DNA of 64,000 bases from an uncultured Planctomycetia bacterium (GCA_964437495.1 CAYTGV010000006.1:18529-82528), one strand, 5' to 3'. Shown: positions 21,420 to 31,808, numbered from the stretch's first letter. Translations and numbers: made by a program. Notes: generated from the letters alone by a model not told the origin.

Positions 21420-22994
21420 TTATTTTTTAGTTTCCTTTTCCTTCAGCAATTTATATTCAATACTGTCTACCAGAGCCTGCCAACTTGCTTCTATTATATT
21501 CTCAGACACTCCCACTGTCCACCAGGAGTTTTTTTCATCCTGTGACTCTATAAAAACACGAACTTTCGCCGCTGTCCCAGCCTTAGAATCCAAAACACGC
21601 ACCTTAAAATCAGACAAATGCATGCGCTCTAATTCCGGATAAAAACCGGATAGTGCTTTACGCAAAGCACTATCAAGAGCATTTACAGGCCCTTCTCCTT
21701 CGCTTGCCGTATGCACACGAACTTTCCCTACCTTTAATTTCACAGTTGCTTCAGAAATAAGAGTATTATCCTGTCTTTTTTCCACAATTACTCTAAATCC
21801 GTCAAGTTCAAAGAATTTTTTGATTTTTTTAAGCGTCTTTTTAATAAGCAATTCAAATGAAGCCTCAGCCGCTTCAAATTGATACCCCTCATACTCAAGC
21901 TCCTGAATTTGCCTATGCAGCTTTTTAGTGCTCTTATCATTTTTTTCCAGATCAAAAGACAGCTGTTTAGCCTTAAACAATATACTTGTTTTTCCGGCAA
22001 GCTCAGAAGCAAGAAAGCGGCGTTTATTCCCCACTGTTTCAGGCGCTATCTGCTCATAGGTCAAGACATTCTTTATCATTGCGTTTATATGCACTCCGGC
22101 CTTATGCGCAAATGCGGAAGTTCCCACAAAAGGCTGATTATCCTGCTGCTTCATATTGCTTACTTCACTGACATAGCGTGAGACTTCAGTAAGCTCCTTT
22201 AAATTTGCCCCGCCCACAGCCTTCATTTTAAGCTTCAATTCAAGGCAGCCGATTATTGCGCAAAGGTCAGCGTTGCCGCAGCGTTCGCCGTAGCCGTTTA
22301 TCGTTCCCTGGACATGAGAACATCCTGCCTCAACAGCAGCAATGCTGTTGGCCACAGCCATGCCGTTATCATTATGGACATGAATCCCTATTTCAACATT
22401 AAGAGTATTTTTTACCTTGGTAACTATATCTTTAATTTCAGAGGTTATTGTTCCTCCATTAGTGTCACATAATATAAGGCATTGCGCTCCTGCATTTTGA
22501 GCCGCAAGCAATGTTTTAAGCGCATATTCTGGGTTATGTTTATAGCCGTCAAAAAAATGTTCCGCATCATAAAAAGCAGTTATTTTTTTCAAACGAATAA
22601 ACTTTATGGTATCTGTAATCATAGCCAGGTTCTCATCAAGCGATGTCTTTAAAACATCCTTAACATGCATATCCCAACTTTTGCCGAAAATTGTAATAAA
22701 CTTAACGCCTGAGTTAATAATCTCCTTAAGTATCGGATCTTTGGATGCAGGCATATCCTTCCTGCGCGTGCTGCCAAAAGCAACAATCTTTGAATTTTTA
22801 AAACGCATTTTTCTTACAGCCTTAAAAAATTCCAAATCCTTGGGATTAGAACCAGGCCAACCTCCTTCTAAAAAATCTATCCCCAGTTCATCAAGCTTTT
22901 TGGCAATAAGTATCTTATCGTTCACCGAATAAGATATGCCCTCTGTCTGGGCACCGTCTCGAAGCGTTGTATCATAGATTGTAACCTTACGCAT
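21420..22994 (-). CDS. (R)-citramalate synthase / 2-isopropylmalate synthase family protein
   Basis: 524-aa ORF with the HMGL-like TIM barrel (TLRDGAQ) and a C-terminal LeuA dimerisation domain; CimA-like in length. Confidence 0.8.
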   Translation of the reverse strand: MRKVTIYDTTLRDGAQTEGISYSVNDKILIAKKLDELGIDFLEGGWPGSNPKDLEFFKAVRKMRFKNSKIVAFGSTRRKDMPASKDPILKEIINSGVKFITIFGKSWDMHVKDVLKTSLDENLAMITDTIKFIRLKKITAFYDAEHFFDGYKHNPEYALKTLLAAQNAGAQCLILCDTNGGTITSEIKDIVTKVKNTLNVEIGIHVHNDNGMAVANSIAAVEAGCSHVQGTINGYGERCGNADLCAIIGCLELKLKMKAVGGANLKELTEVSRYVSEVSNMKQQDNQPFVGTSAFAHKAGVHINAMIKNVLTYEQIAPETVGNKRRFLASELAGKTSILFKAKQLSFDLEKNDKSTKKLHRQIQELEYEGYQFEAAEASFELLIKKTLKKIKKFFELDGFRVIVEKRQDNTLISEATVKLKVGKVRVHTASEGEGPVNALDSALRKALSGFYPELERMHLSDFKVRVLDSKAGTAAKVRVFIESQDEKNSWWTVGVSENIIEASWQALVDSIEYKLLKEKETKK

Positions 22995-23071
22995 TTAATA
23001 AACTCCTTATTTTTTGCTTCTTTCTCAATTAACTTAATTCAAGAACCTAATCACAAGGTCATTCTTTTTAT

Positions 23072-24334
23072 TTATTTTTTCTTTTTTTTATCAAGCCCAA
23101 AAGCATTATGCAGAGCCTTTACTGCTAATTCGGCTTTTGCCTTAGCAATTACACAAGAAATACTGATTTCAGAAGTCGAAATCATCTCAATATTGATCTT
23201 TTTATCTGCCATTATTTCAAACATCTTTGCCGCAACGCCCGGATGGCTTTTCATGCCCACACCAACAATGGATACTTTAGCTATATCCTCATCAAATGTC
23301 ACCTTTTCCGCTTTGATCTTTTTAGCTATCTCTCTTGTCGTCTTCAGGGACTTTTGCAAGTCCGCCTTCGGCACTGTAAAAGAAATATCCGTGCGTCTTG
23401 TCCGGCTAATATTCTGAATGATCATATCAACATTAATCTGCGTGTCCGCTAGGATCTTAAAAATTTTAGCCGCGATCCCAGGCCTATCAGGGACATCGCA
23501 TATCGTCATTTTCGCTTCTTTTTTTTCAAAAGTTACTCCGGAAATAACAACACCTTCCCACATTGGCTTCACCTCCTTAAGAATTATCGTACCCTCTGCT
23601 TTAGAAAAACTTGAGCGTACATGAATAGGTACGTTGAATTTTTTTGCAAATATTACTGAACGCGCCTGTAAGACCTGCAAACCCAGCGAGGCCATTTCAA
23701 GCATTTCATCATAACTCAGGTAATCAATTTTCCGGGCATTAGGCACTAAACGCGGATCAGCCGTAAAAACACCTTCGACATCTGTATTCATTTCGCACAT
23801 ACAACCGCCCAAAGCCTTACTCAAAGCAACAGCCGTAAGATTAGATCCGCCCCGGCCCAAAGTAGTGATCTCCTGATTTTCCGTTATACCCTGAAAACCA
23901 GCAACAATAACGATCTTTCCTTTAGACAATTGCTGCTCGATCCTTTTGCCATCAACATTGATTAGTCTTGCTTTTGAAAAAGATGTATCAGTCATTATCC
24001 CTACCTGAGCACCGGTAAATGATATGGCCTCATAGCCAAGCCTATGGATCGCCATGGCTAAAAGAGCCACAGAAACCTGCTCTCCAGTCGAGACAAGCAT
24101 ATCATACTCTCTCTCTGAGGGATTATCGGTTATCTGTTTTGCCAGTTCAATAAGCTTATCAGTAGTATCACCCAATGCTGAGACAACAACCACAACATTA
24201 TAGCCCTTTTTCCGGGTAGCCACTACCCTCTTGGCAACGTTTTTAATACAATCAGGATTGGCTACTGAGCTACCACCGTATTTTTGCACAATTGTCTTTT
24301 TCATAATAGTATATAATTTTACCGCAAAATTCAT
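23072..24334 (-). CDS. Aspartate kinase (two C-terminal ACT domains)
   Basis: VQKYGGSSV N-terminal signature; the start is probably MKKTIVQKYGG at 24304. Confidence 0.9.
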   Translation of the reverse strand: MNFAVKLYTIMKKTIVQKYGGSSVANPDCIKNVAKRVVATRKKGYNVVVVVSALGDTTDKLIELAKQITDNPSEREYDMLVSTGEQVSVALLAMAIHRLGYEAISFTGAQVGIMTDTSFSKARLINVDGKRIEQQLSKGKIVIVAGFQGITENQEITTLGRGGSNLTAVALSKALGGCMCEMNTDVEGVFTADPRLVPNARKIDYLSYDEMLEMASLGLQVLQARSVIFAKKFNVPIHVRSSFSKAEGTIILKEVKPMWEGVVISGVTFEKKEAKMTICDVPDRPGIAAKIFKILADTQINVDMIIQNISRTRRTDISFTVPKADLQKSLKTTREIAKKIKAEKVTFDEDIAKVSIVGVGMKSHPGVAAKMFEIMADKKINIEMISTSEISISCVIAKAKAELAVKALHNAFGLDKKKKK

Positions 24335-24662
24335 ACTACGTCAATAGTTACAATAATTTTATAATGTCAAGAACTCTGTTGCTTTTTTAAGCAGTTGTGC
24401 TAGGAAAACTGTTTTTGCGGATTTAAAGATTGCTTTTACATGCCTGCCCAGCCGCATTACAGGCGTGGGGATGAACAAAAGCAATCCCTCCCTCGCAGAT
24501 AGCCAAGAATGGCTATCGAGAATGAGTAAAAATAGTTTTTCTAATACAATTTACACTTAAAGACCTTCTAATGTTTTGTGCTTACCATTTATAAAAGCAA
24601 CAGACTTTCCTGGAATATCAATAATTTTAATTATCTTCGCGCAAAGCAGGATAGGACCGCTG

Positions 24663-25613
24663 TTAGGATTCATTCATATGCGTTTTTAGGATGGTTTTTG
24701 TTTGGATTTTATCTTTTTGCAGCTGCCTTTTAAGCAGCTGGGCAGAATGAAATTTCTTCTCATTTCTAATCTTTTTTATGAAAAACAGCTCAAGGATCTG
24801 TCCATATATATATTTGTCAAAATTAAATATATTTGCCTCAATTGCCAGCTTATGAGCCTCAGGATAAAAAGTCGGCCGCCTGCCGATATTAAGCATACCG
24901 CCATACCATTTATTTTTGATCTTCGCAATAACTGCATATACTCCATTCGGCGGCAGGGCCTCTTGCTGCGGGTCAATATTAGCAGTCGGATATCCCAATA
25001 TTCTTCCCCGGCTGTCCCCTTTGACAACAGTGCCTAAAACGCTAAACCTCCGGCCTAAAAGTCTGCTGGTATCGTAAAGCCTGCCCTTCTCAATAAGGGT
25101 TCTAATCGATGAGCTGCTTACTATTTTACCTGTTTTTTTAACAGATTCAAAAATATTCACTTTGAATCCTGAATTCTGTGCTGCTTTTTGAAGCAGTTTT
25201 GTATTGCCGCTTTTATTTTTGCCGAAATTGAAATTTTTTCCAATCACCAGATATTTTGCATGCAGACGCCCCAGCAATATATTATCAATAAAATCCTGCG
25301 GACTCATGCCGGCAAAACTTTTTCCAAAATCAACTATCAGACAAATATCCGGATTCAATTGTGCGATTAGCGCTACTCGGTGTTCAATACTGGTAAGCAG
25401 AGCAGGCGTTTTACCAGGATTGGTAATACGCATTGGATGCGGATAGAAAGTAAGCACAATACTAATTCCCTTTAAATCACGCGCCATAGAAACCGCACTT
25501 TTGATTATCTTCTTATGGGCAATATGCACGCCGTCAAAAGTCCCAATGGCAACAACCACAGGCCCTTTATATTTTTCTGCGCTGAAATTATTTATTCCCT
25601 TTATGATTTTCAT
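24663..25613 (-). CDS. ribF: Bifunctional riboflavin kinase / FMN adenylyltransferase
   Basis: 316-aa ORF with the FAD synthetase N-terminal domain and the riboflavin kinase C-terminal domain. Confidence 0.9.
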   Translation of the reverse strand: MKIIKGINNFSAEKYKGPVVVAIGTFDGVHIAHKKIIKSAVSMARDLKGISIVLTFYPHPMRITNPGKTPALLTSIEHRVALIAQLNPDICLIVDFGKSFAGMSPQDFIDNILLGRLHAKYLVIGKNFNFGKNKSGNTKLLQKAAQNSGFKVNIFESVKKTGKIVSSSSIRTLIEKGRLYDTSRLLGRRFSVLGTVVKGDSRGRILGYPTANIDPQQEALPPNGVYAVIAKIKNKWYGGMLNIGRRPTFYPEAHKLAIEANIFNFDKYIYGQILELFFIKKIRNEKKFHSAQLLKRQLQKDKIQTKTILKTHMNES

Positions 25614-25740
25614 AATATTTATATTTTACTTCTTTCTCATTTAGTGCGTACTTCATAAAAGATGCTTGGAGAATTTTGAAGCAATTTCACAAATTTAGGC
25701 AAATTAGCATTGTGTTTTTGGGTACCCTTTTGGACGCTAG

Positions 25741-25850
25741 GATTGTCTAAGCCCTCCTCACTTTGGCGGGGAAGTTACACAGCGTCAAAAATATAGAGTT
25801 ACTTTCCCCCTCCCGCCTCACTTTGATGGGAAAATGGGTGTAAGCGTAAA
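25741..25850. repeat. Two tandem ~55-bp GC-rich units (CCYKCCTCACTTTGRYGGG + A-rich tail) in the ribF-truB spacer
   Basis: GCCCTCCTCACTTTGGCGGGGAAGTT... and CCCGCCTCACTTTGATGGGAAAAT... form a direct tandem and resemble the unit at 43340-43390. Confidence 0.35.
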
Positions 25851-25901
25851 ATTCACCAATCATCTTGCCGTAACTTTTTACTATTTTAATTAAGAATAAA
25901 T

Positions 25902-26588
25902 CTATATTTTTATAATCCTGCTGTTGATATCGGCTATCGCACACTCTTTTATCTCTTCAACCTTGATCGCATTATCTACCTTATAACCCCCCACACCCAA
26001 ACGCCGCAGCCCATTCATATGCGCGCCACAGCCAAGCACCTCACCAATATCCTCACAAAGAGTTCTGACATATGTACCTTTTGAACACAATATACTAAAA
26101 TATATATCCGGCAGATCAATGGATTTAATATCTATGCCTGTAATTTTTATTAACTGAGGCTTTCTTTCTATGGAAATGCCTTTTCTCGCAAGAGCATAAA
26201 GCTTTTTGCCGCCGATCTTTTTAGCGCTCATCATTGGCGGTACTTGTTGAGTCTCACCTTTGAAACGTTCAATAACCTGTTTAATCTTCTCATTGGAAAA
26301 GTTTAAAACCTCATTTTTTGATATTATTTTTCCGGTATGATCAGCCGTATCAGTCTTTATTCCAAGCGTAAGCCTTATGTCATAGGTCTTATCAAGCGAG
26401 GCAAAAGAACTGGCCTTTTTTGTCGCAGACTTGTCTATTAAAACAAGTAAAAGCCCCGTAGCCTCAGGATCTAAAGTTCCCGCGTGTCCGATCTTTCTTA
26501 TGTTAAGCTTAGCCCTAAGAATGTCAATAACATCATGCGAAGTCATTCCCTTAGGCTTATCTACAAGTAATAATCCGTTTATATCCAT
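25902..26588 (-). CDS. truB: tRNA pseudouridine(55) synthase
   Basis: N-terminal GLLLVDKPKGMTSHDV and the catalytic Asp motif. Confidence 0.9.
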   Translation of the reverse strand: MDINGLLLVDKPKGMTSHDVIDILRAKLNIRKIGHAGTLDPEATGLLLVLIDKSATKKASSFASLDKTYDIRLTLGIKTDTADHTGKIISKNEVLNFSNEKIKQVIERFKGETQQVPPMMSAKKIGGKKLYALARKGISIERKPQLIKITGIDIKSIDLPDIYFSILCSKGTYVRTLCEDIGEVLGCGAHMNGLRRLGVGGYKVDNAIKVEEIKECAIADINSRIIKI

Positions 26589-26624
26589 ATCTTAAAAGCA
26601 GTCCTGTGTCATGAGTATTGCGGT

Positions 26625-26695
26625 TGAAACCTAAGGACGATGGACGATCGTTCTCCCGCCAGAATACAGCGAGATCACTAGGACGATAGACGAAA
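26625..26695. repeat. Intergenic repeat module M2, copy b (inverted orientation)
   Basis: Its reverse complement TCGTCTATCGTCCTAGTGATCTCGCTGTATTCTGGCGGGAGAACGATCGTCCA matches 48339-48395 at about 80%. Confidence 0.45.
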
Positions 26696-26906
26696 ACAAT
26701 CAATACACGATGCTAAATACTGTTTTTGTCTTCTCCTGCAATACAAGACACTTTTTCATGATTAATATCGGTTGCCAATAGTTAATATTAATGACCAAAG
26801 GTTACATAAAAAGCAATGTTCATTTGATTTGAAAATAATATTTTACCTTAATTTTTTAATACGCTTGCTTTTATCTCGCCTTTGTTTTTTACTTTTTACT
26901 TAGGAT

Positions 26907-26965
26907 TGCGTCCTTCGTCCTAACGAGCAAAGCGAGTGTTCGTCTCTCGTCCTTCGGTTAATGAA
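26907..26965. repeat. Intergenic repeat module M2, copy c
   Basis: GCGTCCTTCGTCCTAACGAGCAAAGCGAGTGTTCGTCTCTCGTCCTTCGG shares the CGTCCTTCGTCCTA core and is preceded by a TTTTTACTTTTTACTT microrepeat. Confidence 0.4.
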
Positions 26966-26993
26966 AACTGCCATCTGAAAGCTGCAAGCTAAT

Positions 26994-27980
26994 CTAGGCC
27001 TTTCCATTTCTTTTCTTGATTGCTTCACTCACAACACTTATTAGCATCTTCTCAGCCTCATCCATACCCTTTTCAATAACACAGCCGCTGGCTGCCTGAT
27101 GCCCCCCACCGCCAAAAGTTTTAGCGATAAGATTTACATCAATATCTGTTTTGGATCTAAAGCTGACTTTAACGCCCGGTTTATTGTCCATTTCTCTTAA
27201 AAAAGCAACAACCTCCGCGCCCTCTATCATACGCACAAAAGCAATGAAATCCTCACAACAATCCGCGCTAAGACCATTCCTGGTTATCATCTCATTTGTC
27301 ACCCGAAACCAGACAAATTTAGAATCATCTGTTTTTTTAAGATTTGCCAGGACTTCGGCCAAAAGCTTAAAAGTATTGAATGATTTTGTTTCATAAACAT
27401 GCTCATAAACCTGTTTAGGGTTAACATTATACAGCAAAAGATCAGCGGCGATTTGATGTGTTCTTGGTGATGTATTGGAGTAGCGGAAAGAACCCGTGTC
27501 TGTCATTATTGCCACATATATGCATAATGCACTGGCATCATCAAGGGCAACATTACTGGCCTTAAACAGCTCAAAGACCATCTCCCCGGCTGAAGAACAA
27601 TGCGCATCAACCCAGTTTATATCCCCGAATTTACTATTACTAATATGATGATCGATATTAACAATATATTTTCCTTGGATAATATCCTTAACAGATCCTA
27701 TCCTCTCAAGTGTTGGGGAATCTAGGATTATGGCAACCTCAAAGTCCACTTTTTGCTTATCTATGGACTCAATTTGTTCAACACATTCAGTATCAGGCAT
27801 AAACAATATATTCTTCGGCACACAGTCCTGATTGATTATTCTGACCTGCTTACCCAGCATTTTTAGTAAACCTGCCATTGCCAGCTGAGAGCCTATGGCA
27901 TCACCTTCAGGATTAACATGCCCGGCGATCAAAAATCTATTATGACTTTTTATAACATCAAATATCTGTTTTGCTATCAT
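26994..27980 (-). CDS. nrnA: DHH-DHHA1 phosphoesterase NrnA (oligoribonuclease / pAp phosphatase)
   Basis: DHH motifs (GHVNPEGDAIGS ... DHH) and a DHHA1 domain with GGGH. Confidence 0.8.
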   Translation of the reverse strand: MIAKQIFDVIKSHNRFLIAGHVNPEGDAIGSQLAMAGLLKMLGKQVRIINQDCVPKNILFMPDTECVEQIESIDKQKVDFEVAIILDSPTLERIGSVKDIIQGKYIVNIDHHISNSKFGDINWVDAHCSSAGEMVFELFKASNVALDDASALCIYVAIMTDTGSFRYSNTSPRTHQIAADLLLYNVNPKQVYEHVYETKSFNTFKLLAEVLANLKKTDDSKFVWFRVTNEMITRNGLSADCCEDFIAFVRMIEGAEVVAFLREMDNKPGVKVSFRSKTDIDVNLIAKTFGGGGHQAASGCVIEKGMDEAEKMLISVVSEAIKKRNGKA

Positions 27981-28365
27981 CTTCTACCTCATCTCCTTCT
28001 TCTTTTTCCCTTGTTTCTCTCTCTGTCTCGATCTTTTCAAATATTTTTCCAATATGCAAATTATATTCTGTTGTTGTATCGAGCTTGAAAAATATCTCCG
28101 GTGTATAGCGCAGCTCCATAGTGTCCCCAACTAATTTTCTGATATATGAGTTTGCGCTTTTTAACCCATCATGCGCATCCTTCTTCTTATCATCCTCACC
28201 TAAAACGCTGTAAAAAACCTTTGCAATCCGCAAATCACTAGTAATCTCAACATTTGTTATCGTTATAAAACCGATGCGCGGATCTTTTATCTTGCTTTGG
28301 ATAATACTGCTAATTTCCTCTTTTATGCGCTGTGCGACTTTTTCTTTTCTTTGACTCATCACCAT
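27958..28365 (-). CDS. rbfA: Ribosome-binding factor A
   Basis: 135-aa ORF with a KH-like RbfA fold (RIKEEISSII...ITNVEITSDLRIAKVFYS) and an acidic tail. Confidence 0.85.
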   Translation of the reverse strand: MVMSQRKEKVAQRIKEEISSIIQSKIKDPRIGFITITNVEITSDLRIAKVFYSVLGEDDKKKDAHDGLKSANSYIRKLVGDTMELRYTPEIFFKLDTTTEYNLHIGKIFEKIETERETREKEEGDEVEDDSKTDI

Positions 28366-28619
28366 ATCTCCATTTTCAGATCAATTAATTCGGCAGAGGA
28401 ATAAGCATTTACAGATCATTAACTCTACTTCAAGATTCCGTTAATATATTTTTTGTTTTACCTATGCAGGTAATACCGACAACAGCTTTCTGCCACTTAT
28501 CATGTTCCGCGATCTCACTTACAAATACATTGAAATTCGCCCTAATTTTGTCTTTAAGCCGCTTAATAACATGTCTCTTAGACTTCTTGCGGGTATATAC
28601 AGCTGCACATGCAAGGCAA

Positions 28620-31238
28620 CTAGGGGCATATTATTTTACTTGCCATTTCAAGTTCTTGTTTTTTTGTTGTAATAAGGCCGTCGATTTTTGCGTGCAGTGT
28701 CTGTTCAAGCGCCTGTTTAAAACGCGGCCCTGTAAAAGATACAATTTTCTTCAGATCATGACCAGTGATTTGAAGCTTTATATTAGCATATTTTCTTAAA
28801 TAATTAATATATAATTCTTTTTTCTTCAATGTCTTAGTCTTGGCCATAAAAAAAAGCAATACTTCAATGGGCAGATTCCTAAAAAGAACATACAAACGGC
28901 TTGGCGACACTTTACTGCTTTTATTTAGGGACTGAAAGATCTTCGTCTGGATCTCCTTACTCATTATTACGCATCGCTCTACTAATTTTTCAAAGTTAAA
29001 ATTATGAAAAACCTCTCGGGTCTCCTCAAGATTCAAACCATCTAAGATAACCATTAGATAAAGCACCTGGCACTTAAGAGAAGATTGAAAAAAACTAAGC
29101 TTATACCATGCTAATACTTCCTCCATAGATTCAAGGCAGTAAAGCATTTTTTTATTAAATTTTAAACGCCTGTGTATAAACTTCAATTCATGAAGATGGG
29201 CCATGCGCCTGATAACCTTTATCGGATGCGGCTCATTTAAAAGCAGCATCAGCTCATCAGATATCCTGCATTTATGCAGTCTGTCAAACATTTCAAGGTC
29301 CACAGCCGCCTGAATTAAATTTTCCGTATGCCTATCTATATTAAAATCAAAACGCTGCTCAAAGCGGACAGCCCGGAAAATCCGGGTAGGATCCTCCACA
29401 AAGCTAATATCATGCAAAACGCGTATCCTTTTTTCCTTGATATCTTTTTCTCCCTGAAAAAAATCGATCAGTTTAGCGAAATTAGATTTATTTAAACCCA
29501 AGGCAAGAGTGTTTATGGTAAAATCGCGCCGGCATAAGTCCTTAGCCAGGGTACTCGAGCTTACTACCGGCAAGGCCGCGGGTGTTTCGTAAAATTCAGT
29601 CCGAGCCGTAGCAATATCCAAAATCGTTTCATCCCTAAGCCTGATCTTCGCTGTTTTAAATCTTTGATGAATTTTAACCTTTGCTTTAAAAACTTTTGCC
29701 AAATTCCTAGCAAAGTCAATTGCATTGGCCTCAACAACAATATCCATATCCAGATTAGCCACACCCAGAATCAGATCCCGCACAAATCCTCCGACAATAT
29801 AGGCGTTTATATTCTGTTTTTGGGCAATCCGGCCTATTTTTTCAAGCAAAAGTATAGTTTTTTTAGGCAAGATCCTTTCCATCTTTTCTCTAAGATCTTT
29901 TGGCCTATTGATTACAGGCCTTATAATCCTTTTCGGCACCTTTTCTATAAATATATCATGATAATTGCCCTTAAAAATATCTCTGCGTGATATAATACCG
30001 ATCAGTCTGCCTTTATCAATCACAGGCAGGATTTTAAGGCTCTTATCAGACATAGTTCTTTGCACATCATCCACAGGCGTATCCGCGCTTATTATGGGAA
30101 CCTTCCTACGCATATACCCTTTTATAGGTGCATGCGCAAACCCCTGTCTCAATGCGCGGTTAATATCACTTTTGTTAATAATACCTTCGAATTTTCCTTT
30201 TTCAACCACTGCCACAGCCTCAAGTCCAAGCTTATCAACTATATGCTTAGCCTTCTCAACAGAAATACTCAAGTTGAGGATATTAAGCTGCACATTCATT
30301 ATTTTTGCGGCATTAAGCTCTGATTTTACTTTCTTCTTAAGAATCGCTAAAAGTTCTCCCTCCACATCAGTAATCTTTTTACCCCGGATCGTAGCTGATG
30401 CTGCGCTCTTATGTCCCCCTCCGTTGAATTTTCTAATTATCTTATTTACATCCACAGACTTTAAACGGCTGCGTGCGATTATCCGTATTTTATCTTTTAT
30501 ATTTATCAAAGTGAATAGCACGCTGAAATTTTCTATTTCAAGAAGTTTATGTGTAACCCAGGCCAGGTCAAGGGATTCGTTAAAGATCTTTACGCTGGCA
30601 ATAGCGATATTTAAGCCAGCGATACGAAATATTTTAGTTGCATCAATAAACTGTGAAAGTAAATGCATCTCCTTTTTATTCAATTCCCGGTTCAGGCTTG
30701 CTGCGATAAGGCTTAAATTAGCACCTTTAGAAAACAGGTAGCTTACCATATCAATATCTTTTTTTGTCGTAGTCGCAAAAGTCAAAGATCCGGTATCTTC
30801 ATAAATTCCCAGGGCAAATATAGTCGCCTCAAGCTGGCTTATCTGGATCTTTCTCTTTTTAATTATTTCAAGCAGAATTGTTACTGTAGCACCTCTTCTA
30901 TGGTATATATCCTTATGCGCCTTCAGATCACTTTTGCCTCTGGGATGATGATCATAGCAATGCAGCACAAGCCCGGGATTTTTGATGAACTCACCTGCTT
31001 TTCCAATTCTGTTTTTAAGTCTTGTATCTACAAGTATCAGGCGACGCATTTTTTTAAAATCCACATACCTTTCGCTCTCAGCGTGGATACATTCCTGCAG
31101 CAGAGATAAAAAATTACGCACGCTGCGTTCTTTGGATGAGGGCAGAATGACCTTTGCCTTTGGATAGAGTTTTGAAGCGGCAAGCAAGCTACCCAATGCG
31201 TCAAAATCCGCATTATTATGTGTTACGATCACGTCCAT
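28620..31238 (-). CDS. Multidomain tRNA nucleotidyltransferase / poly(A) polymerase: DHH-DHHA1 + CBS pair + PolA head + HD
   Basis: 872-aa ORF with an N-terminal DHH (THNNADFDALGS) and DHHA1 (GGGH), a central CBS pair, then a nucleotidyltransferase head (GGFVRDLILG...DMDIV) and a C-terminal HD-like region. Confidence 0.8.
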   Translation of the reverse strand: MDVIVTHNNADFDALGSLLAASKLYPKAKVILPSSKERSVRNFLSLLQECIHAESERYVDFKKMRRLILVDTRLKNRIGKAGEFIKNPGLVLHCYDHHPRGKSDLKAHKDIYHRRGATVTILLEIIKKRKIQISQLEATIFALGIYEDTGSLTFATTTKKDIDMVSYLFSKGANLSLIAASLNRELNKKEMHLLSQFIDATKIFRIAGLNIAIASVKIFNESLDLAWVTHKLLEIENFSVLFTLINIKDKIRIIARSRLKSVDVNKIIRKFNGGGHKSAASATIRGKKITDVEGELLAILKKKVKSELNAAKIMNVQLNILNLSISVEKAKHIVDKLGLEAVAVVEKGKFEGIINKSDINRALRQGFAHAPIKGYMRRKVPIISADTPVDDVQRTMSDKSLKILPVIDKGRLIGIISRRDIFKGNYHDIFIEKVPKRIIRPVINRPKDLREKMERILPKKTILLLEKIGRIAQKQNINAYIVGGFVRDLILGVANLDMDIVVEANAIDFARNLAKVFKAKVKIHQRFKTAKIRLRDETILDIATARTEFYETPAALPVVSSSTLAKDLCRRDFTINTLALGLNKSNFAKLIDFFQGEKDIKEKRIRVLHDISFVEDPTRIFRAVRFEQRFDFNIDRHTENLIQAAVDLEMFDRLHKCRISDELMLLLNEPHPIKVIRRMAHLHELKFIHRRLKFNKKMLYCLESMEEVLAWYKLSFFQSSLKCQVLYLMVILDGLNLEETREVFHNFNFEKLVERCVIMSKEIQTKIFQSLNKSSKVSPSRLYVLFRNLPIEVLLFFMAKTKTLKKKELYINYLRKYANIKLQITGHDLKKIVSFTGPRFKQALEQTLHAKIDGLITTKKQELEMASKIICP

Positions 31239-31445
31239 AATCTACCCCAAAGTAAAAAGTAAAAAGATAAAAGTTATAAGTTGAAATAAAAATGTTCTAT
31301 ACAATCTGATATTTACAATCTCAGGAAATGAGCAGCTGTTTTGTCCCAGAATAGTTTGCACTGTTTTATGTTACTTGCGGTTGCTAACAGTTACAAATAG
31401 TTACTACTGGTTATTTTTTACTTCAGGCTTTTACTATCAGCCATC

Positions 31446-31600
31446 GACCATTAGCCATTAGCTAGATTGCTTTTCCAGCTTTTAACCGTTACCGTAGCCT
31501 TTTTCGACGATACGGGCATCGCAACCGCTTACCTTTTTGCTCGCTACTTTTTACAGCTATCGGCCATTAGCTTATTCTCTTTTTACTTTTCATTTGTAAT
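31446..31600. repeat. Composite of repeat modules: partial M4, M3 (copy b), M4 (copy b)
   Basis: TATCAGCCATCGACCATTAGCCATTAGC..., CCGTTACCGTAGCCTTTTTCGACGATACGGGCATCGCAACCGCT and CTATCGGCCATTAGCTTATTCTCTTTTTACTTTT lie in that order, downstream of tRNA-Arg on the minus strand. Confidence 0.55.
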
Positions 31601-31657
31601 TCACATGTGCCCTGTAGGTATAACTAGTAATTAGTAATTCCTGCCCTTGGGCAGGCT

Positions 31658-31732
31658 TGGCGCCCCCTGGAAGAATCGAACTTCCATCTCAGGCTCCGGA
31701 GGCCAGTGCTTTATCCGTTAAGCTAAGGGGGC
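31658..31732 (-). tRNA. tRNA-Arg (anticodon CCG), CCA encoded
   Basis: Manual fold: a 7-bp acceptor stem (GCCCCCT/AGGGGGC), D arm GCTT/AAGC, T arm GGAAG-TTCGATT-CTTCC, anticodon loop CUCCGGA (anticodon stem has one U-U mismatch), discriminator G and 3' CCA. Confidence 0.72.
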
Positions 31733-31808
31733 AGTGTGTGAAAATTAACCTATTGAAAGCAATGAACTTATTTAGCTCTCGATAGTATTTAACTCTAAAA
31801 CTTGAAAA

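Noticed and set aside
25747-25944. 65-aa minus-strand ORF overlapping the truB start
   Set aside because: It overlaps the conserved truB N-terminus out of frame and runs through the tandem intergenic units; no motif supports it.
28366-28619. Open frame in the rbfA upstream spacer reading ...TRKKSKRHVIKRLKDKIRANFNVFVSEIAEHDKWQKAVVGITCIGK (basic, ribosomal-protein-like)
   Set aside because: It has no ATG/GTG/TTG start in frame after the preceding stop, it is only ~65 codons, and I could not match it to a known small protein. It may be a gene remnant and is not called.
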